A stretch of 64,000 nucleotides of DNA from Rhizophagus irregularis (taxonomy: Eukaryota), in contig NC_089432.1 of NCBI RefSeq assembly GCF_026210795.1, positions 1,488,001-1,552,000 of the forward strand, in the 5' to 3' direction. The first letter of the stretch is position 1. Each line of letters opens with the position of its first letter. The position numbers and the translations under genes are program-made. The notes under the pieces were generated by a model. The model saw nothing but the letters and a program-made list of their open reading frames with translations. It was not told where the DNA came from and searched no databases. Below are positions 37,534-50,874 of this stretch, in pieces.

Positions 37534-40500
37534 CTAGTAAGAATCGAGATCTATATAATCGGGTGTACTAGGTGAATCTTGATTTTCATTATCCGAGATA
37601 AGTTTATACCAAGCTTTAATTTGAACTTCATCATCATAAATTATATTTTCTTTATCTACACTCTCATTAAACCATGAATATAATTTTGTATCTTTAAGTT
37701 CTTGAGATTTTTTTATCCATTTTTTCATTAAATCAGGATCTCGATAATAACAAATATATGGTGAATTATTATATAATGATTCGCTGAAGAAAGGATTATT
37801 AAGCCTTTCGTAATCATCAATAAGTTCTGATCTATATACCAATAGTCCAAATTTACCATCTTCTTTAGCGTTATTAAATGTATCACTAAAATAAAATTTT
37901 AAAGGTTAGATTAAACATAAATTAAATATGCTTTTAATGATTATAATATATATATATTACTTACTTCATCAACGCAATGATCATATTTAATAAAATAAGT
38001 ACTAAAATAATACTTGCTATGAATGCAAATAATTTTAATGGCCAATAATTATAATCACCCAAATTAATTGTGCTCCAATTGTAAGTGGAAAGTATAGCAT
38101 CTAATGGTGTATCAAAGGGATTATCAGGAGTTCCTCCCGTTAAATTTGACGCTGATGGATGTAAATCAACAATCGATGGAAATCCAAAAAGAATAAACCT
38201 ATTCACAACACATAAAAGACGTTAAAATTATTCGAAAGACTTGATAATATAAAGTAATATATAGAAAAATATTAATAGTTACATTGAATGTCCAAATCCA
38301 ACTATTAAAACGAACATAAATGTGAAAAATGGCAAAACTTTTTCTAAAATACTTCCAAATATATATATATTTATTGCTATTCCAGAAAATAATCGTAAAC
38401 ATAATAACTTTAGAAATTAAATAAAAATAAATTAATATGAGGATCAAATTTTTTAAAAATAAAAAAAAAATGCAATAAACATACCATTTCAATCCAAAGT
38501 ATTAAGGCAGTTACTGATGTTGCGAAAATAATCGATTCATCATCGATCCCATTAATTTTAATAAATGTGTTCGCTAATATTAAAGAAAATACAATCATAC
38601 CCAAAATGATACTACATGAGTCAAATATGTTAAATAGAGTAAAATATTTGCTTCGATATTTCAACATTTGCTTAATTTCAACTGTCAACAAATATATTCC
38701 AGAATAATAAAATATTACGACCATAATTAAACGATAGTTCTTATTTTTATCATTATCATTTAAATAAAACCAAGAAAGAACAGAAAATAGAGTTAAAAAT
38801 AAAATGTAAAAAATTAAAGGTATCATACAATAATTTTTCGTTTGTCTCCATCTTGAAATTATTACTGATTCCATAGACGGAATATTAAAAAATGCACTCT
38901 TATTTTTCTTAATTTGAAGAAACGGGCTAAAATCTTTATTATTCAGATCCTTATAACTAGGTGGTATTAATACTTTTATCCACCAAAAAGAAGTTGTTAA
39001 TTTTCTAATTAATTTTCTAAATATTTCTTCTTTAACAATTTCCCCCTTTATTTTTGAATAGTAATTTGTAAAATTTGGAAGTGGAACCATACAAATATCG
39101 GGTAATAAATCATCTCTGTAGATATAAAAAATATTAATAATAAGTTTAACGTAATGAATTGGTTTAAAATGACATTTACCTTATTTTTTTATATTTCATA
39201 TATTTCAAAATAGTCGAATAATCTGTTGATATAAGCTGAGTAAGTGGTATATATACTTCTAATGTATCTTGACTAACTGATAGTGTATCAAATGTTTTAA
39301 TTGGAAGATTATATTTCATTTTTCCAAAACACGGTTTATAGTATAATGATTCCACGTAATTAGCTATTAAATAATAATTATATTTAAAAAATGCAATAAA
39401 TTAAAATAACAAAAATCACTAAGTATATACCATAATCGTGTTTAGATAATTCTGGAAGAATTTTTGTAACATTAATCATCCAACCAATATGACCCATGGA
39501 ATGTTCAGCATAATATTCTAATAGATATGCCAACATAACAGCATCTTGATCTATAGATTATAAATATTTAGGATCAAAAATTCAAAATACATTAAATTAC
39601 GATAATAAAATAAGAAAACGCTAACCTTGACAGAATTTCAAAGCTAGTTCCAAATCATTAGCTGATCTTAAATCATTATCTTGTAATCCTAAATCGTCAT
39701 TCAATTTCAAATTATCATAACATGGGTAAGAACCGTATTTTTGTTGGGGTCTGTGTAACTTTTCAGCATTTTCAAAAAGAACATACTTAATTAAAGAAAA
39801 TGAACGCGAATAAATTAAATATGCCATTAAGGGATATTGAATCTCCATAAGTTTCCAATAATCAGGATATTTGTTAATAAAATCTTTAATGATATTTGTA
39901 ATTCCACTAACAAACTTTTGATTTTTTTCTTTAGAATTAATACTATCAGTGTGTCTATATAAGTAAGCAAGTGATTTACACGCGTGAATTATAATAGTAA
40001 TCATATTATCTTCAATTTGAAATTTAGAAGCTTTCTCATGTTCAATATTGTCATCTATTAAAATATAAACAAGATTCGAATTTTCAAAATTGTTAAAGTC
40101 ATCATAATTTTCATAATTTTGGTTTTTAGATTTCCATAATTGAATACTCTTTTGACCAGTTATAAGAAGAAATTGCCCATCATTAAGAAATCTACCGTGA
40201 ATTTTCTTTCCATTATTAGTATTCCATGGTTCTAGTTCATGTGTACTAAACTTATGTCTCTTCTCAGTATTATTTTCTCCAAAGGTGGATTTATTTATTT
40301 TTATTTTTGATATAACCCTAAATTGACCTTCATAACTCTTTTCATCATTATCGAAAAGAATAACAATATTACCATTTGCCTTTGTTAAATTATGATAATT
40401 ATCATCATATTTCAATAAAGTAGTAATTTCATCATCTGATAATTTAATATCTTTTTCAGAAATAGGAAAATAATCATTTAAACATCCTGATATAAGCCAA

Positions 40501-41921
40501 ACATGAAATTTCACGTCACTTTCTTTATCTTCTTCGATAATGAATAATTTTTCATTATCTTCAATAAATTCTAAAAATTTGATTTTATAAATATTATTAT
40601 TAAATTTTTTCGAAACAACCTCAAGACCACTTTCCATTAGATAAATTGTAATAATATTATCTCCATAAGAATAAGCAAATAATCTTGAATCAGTTGATAC
40701 TGCAAAAATTCCGGGTTCATGGTTTCTTGAAATTAAAGAATCTTCTTCTTTACAATATCTATAAAAAACATTCACTAACTGTGAAGTGTTAATATTATAT
40801 ATTTCAATACTTTGTATTTGTTGATAATCACTTGTATCGACCATTAAAAATTCCTGATATCTAGATTTCAAAAGATATTTCCAATTAAATTTTGCACATT
40901 CGACGCTTTCTAATTCTTTAAATAAATTTTCAGGTAATATATAGCAATCTTCTTTAAGTATAATTGTATCTGCATTCAATTCATTTAATTCAATACTCAT
41001 CTTCTGCATTTTTATACAATTCATGCATACAAGTGTTACATTCTTTGAAGAATTTTTGGAATTTTTTAAAAAACCAACAACTCCACCAAGACGATACTTA
41101 TATATAGAATTATCATCATCGTTCGTATTTATATTAATGTCGTTAGTATTGTTACGATTTTTAAATGAATATTTGAAAAGCTTTGTCGTTCCTTCACTTG
41201 AAACCAAGGATAGTCGAAATTGTCTATCAAAATCTTTTTCAATATAGGAAGGAGAAAAGAAATAAAAGATGAATGGATAAGAATTGAAAAAGAGATCTAG
41301 GTAGGTGAAGAGAATAATCCGACTGATAAAAAAAAGAATCAAATAAAAAAAGAAAAAGAGAGGAGAAATAATAAGGAAAAAGAAGAAAAGAATTCTAGTA
41401 TTCTTTTTTAGTAAATATATTATACGAACAAATAAATTTTTTATATGATCAATGTATCGTCTTACGATAATTAATGCTATTTGATATTTATTAATTTCAT
41501 AAATTCCATTCGGATTCATATCTTTTCCAGTAATACAAGAAATTGCAACTAATCCAATATCATTATTAATGGTATCCGAAACTGCTAAAGACCATCCAAG
41601 AACAATATCGTTAGGTGGTTTCTTATCAAAGAACTTTTTCCTATCAAACCGTATTTTTGTTTCGTCGTTTGTAGCCACTTTTTTAATCGTTATAAAAAAG
41701 CCATCTGATAAAAATACGTTAGAGGAAGTTAACATTTTACTTTTACCTTTTAAAATAAAATACTAGATGACTAACTTACATGGATTAAATGTTGCTACTA
41801 TCGAACCGTCTGGGCTAATGGCCACATAAGTAATTTTTTCTTCAAATGTTTGAACTCCAGAAGTACCACGTTCTAGATCTCCCGATTCCGTCGTATAATC
41901 CGTGCGTTCGGTTTCATTCAT
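37534..41921 (-). CDS. TRP-like cation channel with large N-terminal beta-propeller-like region (8 exons)
   Basis: ATG 41921 (MNETER..YVAISPDGSIVATFNP); exon 2 41704-39626; later exons splice in frame at GT-AG sites through LLEYYAEH..GWM, MVPLPNF, TM helices, FNIFD, LWIEMLLCLRLF, and ILLNMIIALMNDTF (S6/TRP-like) to the stop at 37534. Confidence 0.85.
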
Positions 41922-44900
41922 GGTTTCTTTTTATATATATATATAAAAAAATATATTTTCTTATGAAACAAAAAAAATTAGACAAGTATCAGACATACAG
42001 TATTTAAATGGTTAAGAATCGGCAAATATGTCGATCCTTTCTTAATTTCTTATGTAAACCATTGGTATCAAAAAATTATGCTTTTTTCGGTAAAGTGGCC
42101 TCATTGTTAAATTTAGTAATTTTGAATGAATTCAATTATAGGATAACGATTCAATCTTATCACCAAAAATTTATCATAAAAATGAATGACTTCTAAATCG
42201 ATTATCAAAACATTTTTTTTTTTTTATAGATATTTTTTCATAACTTCCATTCTATTTAAATTATATAAAATTTCTGGTGAATACAAATTATTAGGAACTA
42301 TTTTCTTTCTTGAGTTGAAAATGGATAAAAATTTATTTATTCAAAATTTATTATATTTTTTATTAAAACGTACATTTTTCTTAATGGACATTAAAAAACA
42401 GTAACTCGTGATAAGATCGAAATGTTATTGTGTCCCCTAAAAATTGTAAATTTCCTAATTTTCACAACTTTTAGTGTACCCGGGGAACACCTGTTGAAAC
42501 GAAAAACAGTAAAGAGGCGGATTTTGACGAAAATATCTTCCGTAAATAAAAAAGGACAATCATAAGAAAAAAAAAGGCTAAATTTTTTGATATTGTCGGT
42601 TCTTAAAATTCAAATTAGGAATTTTCATTGAAAAAAAAATGACGATTATTTGCCACATTAGTCCTACAATGTTGATCATCGTACGATTGACTGGAGGTCC
42701 TATCAATGAGTGGTACAGTGAAACATACAACCGATTCCAAAAATAAATAAACTTATTAGTCAAAAAAATGTTTAAGATAAAATTTTTTAAGATTATATGA
42801 ACATCAAGATTAATATCACAATTATCATATATATTACATAAACTTCTAAATTATTTTTTTTTTTACTTTAATGTATAGTCGCTTAGTGTATGGTGGCAAA
42901 CAATATGGACAATATGGTATTATATTAGGTGAAGAAAAAGCTTGTATAAGAAAAATCAGCAAAATTCGGGTGAATTTTATTTAATCCATTTGAGTATGGA
43001 AAAGTTTGCGTATTATTAAACTCCGAATAAATTAGTAGTTCTTTGCGAGCGCATGACTGTCACGTGATTAATAAATAATGAATTTACAAGCTTTAATATT
43101 ATACGTAATATATCAAGAGATTTAATAGTGAAGTATAGAAGTATAGACTTTCATATTTCTGATAAAGTTATTTGCAACAATTAATTTTAAATGGTTGCAT
43201 AATTGAAAGAATTCATTACGCTCGAGATAAACAAAATATCGCCAAAATAATAATTTCCTTCCAATTTTTCATATTTAATAAAATTTCTCGTCAGGTTAAT
43301 GGTCGTATTGTTGCTTTGGATGACTCAAATTATTACACTATACAATTTTTTATTTATCAATATTAAAATATCATTATAAATTTTTAACTTCCAGCAGCAG
43401 TAAAAAGATTTGGACAAAGAGAGTTTGTGCAATTTTTCAGTTACACCTTCAATTCCATTTTCAGTTTTAAATTTTATCTTCAATTTTTACTTTCAATTAT
43501 ATTTTGCATCCTTGTTTTCAATTTTATCTTTAATCCATTCGTTTCTTTTTAGCCCTATCTACTCGTTCACCATGTCATTCCAACCGGTTTTGAACCATTT
43601 TGTGAGCAAATTTTACCAAATTTCATTTTCATGCCAGGTTGTAAAGGCTTTCACAGAATAAAGTTATTACAGTTATTTATTTTTTTTATAATTTTTACAA
43701 AAAATAGAAAGAGAAGAAGAATTATATTCTTTGGTATAAATAAACCGAGTTCGGCCAAAGAAAATCATGAAAATCTTTCCCTTTATAGATAATGCCTGGT
43801 TGAAAGCTATTATCTTTTTTGGATATTGACCGAAATTATCATAATTCCGGCCCTGAAAACATGCGTACAAGCTTAGTAAAATATTTTTGGTTGTCTCCGA
43901 CCATTTTATATATATTTCGGGTCCTATCCAACTCCTCTGGCAAAATTTTTCCCGTATAACATAAAAAAAACCACATATAATAGATTTCTTCGAGAAATAT
44001 CAATGTATCGAAAGGAGAAAGGAAAATTTTCCATAGTTAATCTTAAAGCGGCTAATGGAATAAATAATGGATTAAATGAACACGGTTGTTGTGAATCAAG
44101 TAGAATAGAAAAATGTATTTTTTTAAAAAAAAATTTAGATTTAGACTATTTTTATTATACATTATTTATATTTTTGTTCTTTATTGCTGAATGAAAGTTT
44201 TAAAAAAAAATTTAACCGAACTTCGAGTTTATTTGTTAAAACATTATAAACAAAAAGACATAATTTTGAGAACGTCTTAAAAAATTTTTTTATCTTGCTT
44301 TTTTATAGCAATAAATGTTTAATTTACAAGGATAAAGTTACGGTAGGGATTATATTATTCTAATCATTATAAGCTAAAAAAAAATTTGCGCATAACTGGT
44401 ATCTTGGATTATTGTTGTGGGATAATGTGTATCATTTGGGATTTCAATCTTTTATTATCACAAATATTTTTGCTAATCTAATATCGTGTGCTTCATTATA
44501 CCAAAATATTCTGTCAATTGTGGCATTGGAAAAAATTGTGGGCAAATATAAAATCAAGATAACAGCAATAATATGTGACTATAATCGATTAGTAGTTATC
44601 TCAACGGTAATTTGCTATTTTAAGTTGGTCGAGATTGGGCAGATTCGGACCAATAGAACCAAACGTCCAGACTTTTTTTGCCGGACCAGTAATTTACTTT
44701 TATTCAAGGACGAAAAAAAGGCCAGCGCTGATGATTTTGATCTTGCTGTAAATAACTTATTGACAAATTCAATTCAATTGATCCCATTTTATTTGGTGAA
44801 ATTCATTTCATTACTACATAATTTATGTTCGGCAAGACATTTTTGAGTCTTTACGCAATTGATGGTTCAGAAGGTTCTAAAAAGAATTTTACACGCTTAG

Positions 44901-45871
44901 TCCCACTTACAGATAAACTTGATTCAGTAATATCTTAGATAGGACTATTATTCCCCCGTGCAGTTATTAACATAGCGCGCATTTTAAGAACATTTTAAGG
45001 TATTATCCCTAACGAAGTTATACCTACTAGGAAGACATAAAGGTTGGGAAAATCTGAGATTACTTTTATGATGACTTAACGTTAATGGAAAAGAAAGTTG
45101 CTAAAGCGGATCTTCCCTATGCTGAAGAACTTCTGCATCAATTTTTTATCAGAAGTGTATGAATATCCAAAAAATTATAAAGGTCTACATCATCAGCTTA
45201 AAATAATTTCAAGCAGTTAAAGCAGAGTGCCACGACTGCCACGTGGCTGTTATGAATCTCTTAGGGCATGATAATCAGAATCAAACTTCCTTTTCCGAAG
45301 CCTGCTGATAGGAAGAACCTATGGTGGACACTAATTTTCCTTTGCGATAATGGTCATTCATTATACGTGACCCCATTGCGCTGGTGATTCCCTTCGTCTT
45401 ATAATTGACTATCAAACTCCTCCTCATTGTTAATGAACTGCGGCTGATCTACAATGTTCCATATCATATTCAGGATACTTAATAATGATGGGCTGAGGTT
45501 TTAACTCTTCCGTCTCCAATACACACCTATCCTTTCTTAATAAGACTGATATGTTTACAGCTAGCAGTGTAATAAGCCGATTCATTTTTCGGTACTAAGA
45601 CAGGCGCTAGAATTGGGTTAGAATTCGATTTCAGGGATGTTAAAAATTTTTTCTGTCTCCTGTACTTGCATCTTCAAATCCTCAATTTCATGATGCAAAC
45701 GTTGATTAGCTTTAACCCTTTTGTCATGTTGTGCGGTTGGTCTAACCAGGCCTGGCAATGTAGTGTCATAATTTTACCATAATATAAAAAGTAGTAAATA
45801 GGTCGGTAAATTAAGTAACATTAATATTAACCCGCCTCGTAATATGTGGCGCAGTATTGAATAATGATGAT

Positions 45872-46354
45872 AACTACCCCAGTGGCACCGACAAAAATTT
45901 AGCGATCACGTGAGTAATTTTGTCGATCATTCCCAAAAAATGGTAAGCAGATTTAACGAAAAAATTTATTGTTATTATTTTTTTTGAATAAAACTTACTA
46001 CAGACATTTTCTAATTTTAAAATTCGTACACTATACCTAAATTTTCTTGATCTGCAAGTTTACTTAGGCAATAAAGGTAGGTTTTGAATACAGAAATTTG
46101 TAAAATTAATTATTTACGAATTATCATATAAAAAGTCAAAAATTTATATTTAAAGCGTATTTTTATTGTCTAGGTAAATTTGTAGAGCGTTCAAAAATAC
46201 ACATACTATGTAAGTTTAAAAAATTTATGGCGTTTATATTGTGTTTTATTCTTATTTTTTTATTTTTTCGTTAAATCTGCTTACCATTTTTGGGAATGAT
46301 CTACAAAATTGGTCACGTGATCGCTAAATTTTTGTCGGTGCCACTGGGGTAGTT
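45872..46354. mobile_element. Mutator-like MITE, 483 bp, about 95-bp TIRs, 10-bp TSD taatgatgat
   Basis: aactaccccagtggcaccgacaaaaatttagcgatcacgtga... and its reverse complement at the right end; taatgatgat at 45862-45871 and 46355-46364. Confidence 0.92.
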
Positions 46355-46544
46355 TAATGATGATCACATAATGTAGATCTTTTATTACGAAACGAATCTG
46401 AAAATCATAAGCATTAATAATAATATACTAGTACGAATCTGTACGGTACAGTTGATAAATTTTCCAAAAATTCCAAAAATTCTGTACCGTACCGTACTTG
46501 TCCTATATATATATTATATATTATAGAGCCAGTACAGTACGGTA

Positions 46545-46905
46545 CAGTTAATTTTTTTATATGTCCAAATAACTACGGACATTAATGTCCAAATAACCAC
46601 CATAATTAAAATGGACATTGGTGTCCAAATAACCACTATGGTCAAATGGACATTGTTGTCCAAATAACCACTATGGTCAAATGGACATTGGTGTCCAACC
46701 ATTTTATATGTGGTTATTTGGACACAAATGTCCATTTAATTATGGTGGTTATTTGGACACCAATATCCATTTAATTATGTTGGTTATTTGGACACCAATG
46801 TCCATTTAACCATGTGATTATTTGGACACCAATATCCATTTAATTATGTTGGTTATTTGGACACCAATGTCCATAATTATTTGAATATTTAAAAAAAATT
46901 AGTAC
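46545..46905. mobile_element. Foldback element made of inverted arrays of about 35-bp units
   Basis: 4-5 copies of tgtccaaataaccac...aaatggacattgg followed by 5 reverse-complement copies; lies within a gtacggtac-rich remnant (46430-46950). Confidence 0.75.
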
Positions 46906-47262
46906 TTGTTCTAATATATATAATATTTATAGTATGGTACGGTACAGAATTTTTCAACAGTACCTGAATATCTATATAATCAGTGAAACATTGTAAGTTA
47001 ATAACCCTAAAATAAGTACCCCTAAATTAGTTATATAAGGAGTAACTTTTGGGAGAAGTTTAGAGGAATTCTTACATTCTTACATTAATTAATCTTTACT
47101 TTTAGAATTTATTTTCACAATGTAATAATTTTAACCCAATAAATTGAGAGTTTATTAATCCAAAATTCATATCTTATAATTTTTATATAATAATAAACTA
47201 AGCAATGCATTTTATTTAATAAAGTTCTTATTTTATTTGAATTTAACCCAACATCACTTGTC

Positions 47263-47750
47263 ATGGAAAAGTGTGGCAGCTTTTCTCACATTTCTTTCAG
47301 AATGAGTTACAAGACCAGTAAGAGCAATATCCTGATGGGAGATGGTGGAATTGATTTAATTGGAGAGCATAGGGTGTAAAATTCATTGTGCAGTGCAATA
47401 ATTTTACAAGGGACAAAGTAATTGCCTCCCTTGTTAGAAATTTTATTGTATGTATATTTTATGATTATTTGAAATTAAATCTTATATTACCTCAACTAAA
47501 GCCAATAATTATTCAGGGAGGATTATCAAATTATTCCTCCTGATACACTAGGAATTTTTGTTACAACTATTGGATATACAGAAAGTTCAGTATATGATAT
47601 ATTACTAGTTAATATATCAAATTTAATTAAACAGTTTACATTGTATGTAAACAGAAAAATAAAGAAGCACTCAAGTGATGACAGTGATATCATTATGATT
47701 GATGAAATGCTGAATTTGAAAGTATTAAAGTTGAAAAGGGCTCCACTTTA
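47263..47750 (+). pseudogene. Decayed Mrr-like / PD-(D/E)xK restriction-endonuclease-fold gene
   Basis: Frameshifted translation GDGGIDLIGEH / VKFIVQCNNF..V...LVRNF / GGLSNY..DTLGIFVTTIGYT matches the DGGID..IVQCK pattern. Confidence 0.6.
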
Positions 47751-48169
47751 GCCTTATTTGGAATCAAAATAAAGGGCAAAGTGACCTTAAATAATATAAA
47801 ATTCAAAAATGTAACAATAAAATGAAGAAAATTGGATAAATAATCTTTTGTTTAAAATTTTAAATTTAATAAAAAAATAAAGTTATTTACTTTCAAAAGT
47901 TAATAAAACAATAAAAATATGTTCTAAAAGATAATCTTTTTAAGCTTAAAAAAGTTAATCTAAACTTTATTTTTTTCAAAAAATAAAATTTGTCTTTCTT
48001 TCTTTTTAGGTATCAGACTATTGGCTTCTTTGGATTGGTAAGTTTTCAAAAGTTATTTAACTTTCAAACCTTAGTTTTTTTTTAAAAAAAAAAATTTTTC
48101 TTTTTTTTTAGGTATTGGACTATCAGCTTTGGTTTTGCACTTTGAGTCAGTAAGTTTCAAATGTCAATT

Positions 48170-48337
48170 TGCTTTCAACAGAAATTCATAGATTGGACTA
48201 GTGGAAATGATGATATTAATAAATTTATTCAAGATACTCAGATATCAGCTCATAAAGGTGTAAAGGAAGCATAGGAATGGATACCTTATGATAGATTTTA
48301 TGATATTGAATATATTGCAAAAGATGGGTTCGGTAAA
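48170..48337 (+). pseudogene. Fragment of a Glomeromycotina-type TKL protein kinase N-terminus
   Basis: CFQQKFIDWTSGNDDINKFIQDTQ..A*EWIPYDRFYDIEYIAKDGFGK; internal TAG; truncated at both ends. Confidence 0.85.
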
Positions 48338-48847
48338 CTTTTGAAACTTTGTTTTTCTTTTAAAAAGATAAAATTTAATTTTTTTCCTTTTTTCAGATAT
48401 AGTAGAGCCCATAAGTGCACCCTCTATAAGTGCGTTTCCTCTTTAAATGCACCTCATAGCTTAGTCCCGAGCTCAGAACTTAGAGCTAAGTGCACTACCT
48501 TTATGTTTTGCATATGCAAGCAATTCTAAGTCCTGAGTATATCCATAAATGCATTCATGTGACTTTTACATAATTTTGACCAATCATCGATAACTGTTTG
48601 TTCAAATTTTTAAAAAATAGATAAATTAATTTAATTTGTAATAAATTGAATTCATTTCTAAAAAAAAGTTTTTTTTCAATTTAAAAAAGAAATCATGTGT
48701 AAAAATTAATTTTTAGAGGTAATCATAGTGAACTATTATTATAATAAATCCAAATGTAACATATATAACGTTTATTTATTATTACAGTTATATATTTATG
48801 GGTAACAGGTAACATTATTTGGCGACCTGTCAGCTTGTCACCATGGC

Positions 48848-49042
48848 AGCTTCCCCAGTAACACCAACAAATTTTCCACCCCAATATTCATCACCGGCAT
48901 CACACCCCACCACGTTTTCACTGTTTATATTTATCTGAGGGACTTAGTTTTTTTTTTGCCTCACAAAATTATTTTTTTCACCTCCTTTAAATGTCACCGG
49001 TCACGTGGGGGTGGAATTTTAATAATAAAATTGTTGGTGTTA
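48848..49042. mobile_element. MITE fragment of the AACTACCCC-ended family
   Basis: aacaccaacaaattttccacccc / ggggtggaatttt..aaaattgttggtgtt inverted repeat; interior matches 4525-4580 inverted. Confidence 0.55.
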
Positions 49043-49599
49043 TAATGGGACATTCGCCATTTTTAATTAACAGTAGTTGTGGAGGAATTGTGGAGGATGA
49101 ACGAAAATATTTTTTTTATCTTTTATTTTTTCATGAAGCTTTTAAAATAGATTTTTTTTTTCTGCCTGGCTGATTGGTTCTGGGAACGATCTTGGATCTG
49201 ACCCGTTCCTCTCTTTTTTAAAAAGGCTAGATTTCGTCGGCTACGGTCAGCTTGGTTGTTAGTGATAGAATTGCTTTCGATTCATTTAATATGTTATCCT
49301 TGTAATTTTTACTACAATCTGGTTAATCTATACATAAAAATAAAAATAAAATGGGACATTCGCCATGGCGACCCAATCACGTGACTTAATAAAATTTTAA
49401 TTGGCTGATTTTTCATTTTTGATCAGTTAATTTTTAAGAATATTTTATTTACGGTAAAATTTTATATATTAAAACTATAAAATTATACACAGTGGATTAA
49501 AAAATTATTTTATGATTTATAAATTGTTTTATTGATTATGTTTATTGATTAGAGAAATAAAAATTAATGAATTTATTTTGAAAAATCTAATAATAATAT

Positions 49600-50400
49600 A
49601 AATATTGATAAAAAAAAGGAAAAAATACAATTATAAAATGAAAAAATGCCAATAAAAAAGCAAAAAAAGGAAATAAGAAGATATAATGTTAATAATGATG
49701 AAAGAAAAAAAGAAAACAAAAAGAAATGATGTGGGATGAAAAGAGGAGGAATGAAAAAAAAGTGTAAAAAGGATAATAAGGACAAAAGGAAGTGTAAAAA
49801 GATGATAAGGATGAAAGAGAAATGAAAAAGAAGTGAAAAGGGTGATAGAAGATGAAAAGAAAGCGAGAAAGATGATAGTGAACGAAAAGGAAGTGAGAAG
49901 GAAATAAAAAGGATGATAGGAGACGAAAAGGAAATGAGAAAAATGATGGTGAACAAAAAGGAAGTGAGAAGAAAGTAAAAGGGTGATAGGAGATGAAAAG
50001 GAAGTGAGAAAGATGTAAAAAGGAGGATAAAGAAGTAAGAAAGATGATGGTGAACGAAAATGAAGTGAGGAGGAAGTAAAAAGGATGATAGGAGACGAAA
50101 AAGAAGTAAGAAAGATGATGGTGAACAAAAGGGAAGTAAGAAGGAAGTGTAAAAGGTGGTAGGAGAAGAAAAGAAAGCGAAAATATAATGAAAAATAAAA
50201 GAAAATAAAAGGATGATGGAGGATAAAAAAGAAGTAAAAAAGGAGAAGGAAATAAAAAAATAAAGGGCAAAAAAAGAAGTGAAAGAATGATAGAAAGACG
50301 AAAAAAAGCGAAGAAAAAACAATCAAGAACACCACCCATAAAAAAAGGAACAAAGAAAAGACTGGTTAGTATTATTTCAAATTAAAGTGAAAAAGTAATA
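49600..50400. repeat. Purine-rich degenerate tandem repeat (about 70-bp units)
   Basis: Recurrent gatgatggtgaacgaaaaggaagtgagaa / ggatgataggagacgaaaa blocks; plus-strand frames are interrupted by stops. Confidence 0.75.
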
Positions 50401-50688
50401 AAAACAAGAAAGACATAAAAAGTAATAAAACAAGAAAGACAGTACCTCAAATAAAAAGAAGCCATCTCATTATCTAAAGAAAAAAATAAAGTTAGCGTTA
50501 GGAATAAAGTGAAGAGCCATTAAATACAATAAAATAACGAAAAAAAAAATTGCCTCAAAAAAAAGTCATTTTTAAGTCGAAATAGCATAAAAAAAAATTA
50601 TCGTTATCTAAATATTTATCAGATGACACGATTGACACATGACATTATAAAATAGTTTTAGTTTAAATCACACAAAAACATAATAATT

Positions 50689-50816
50689 ACTGTTTAGGTA
50701 ATGTATATGCAGATCTTGATGGTACTACATTTTGATTATAATTTGTAAAAAAAAATATGTACTGTTTAGGTAATGCTTATGCAGATCTTGATGGTACTGC
50801 ATTTTGATTATAATTT
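50689..50816. repeat. Direct duplication (72-bp period) just upstream of the RING-TPR gene
   Basis: actgtttaggtaatg..tatgcagatcttgatggtact.cattttgattataattt at 50689 and 50761. Confidence 0.85.
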
Positions 50817-50874
50817 TACTTAATTCGGACGGTATAATAAAATTTTTTCTTGCTTCTTTTTGTAATAAAAAAAT

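Noticed and set aside
44600..45800. Moderately GC-rich stretch suggesting a decayed retroelement ORF
   Set aside because: No recognisable RT, integrase or gag motif could be read by eye.
46560..46875. CRISPR array
   Set aside because: No unique spacers, the array is inverted about its centre, the context is eukaryotic and there are no cas genes.
49573..50353. Three overlapping hydrophobic minus-strand ORFs as membrane proteins
   Set aside because: Artefact of a pyrimidine-rich strand that lacks stop codons; all three frames are open and low complexity.
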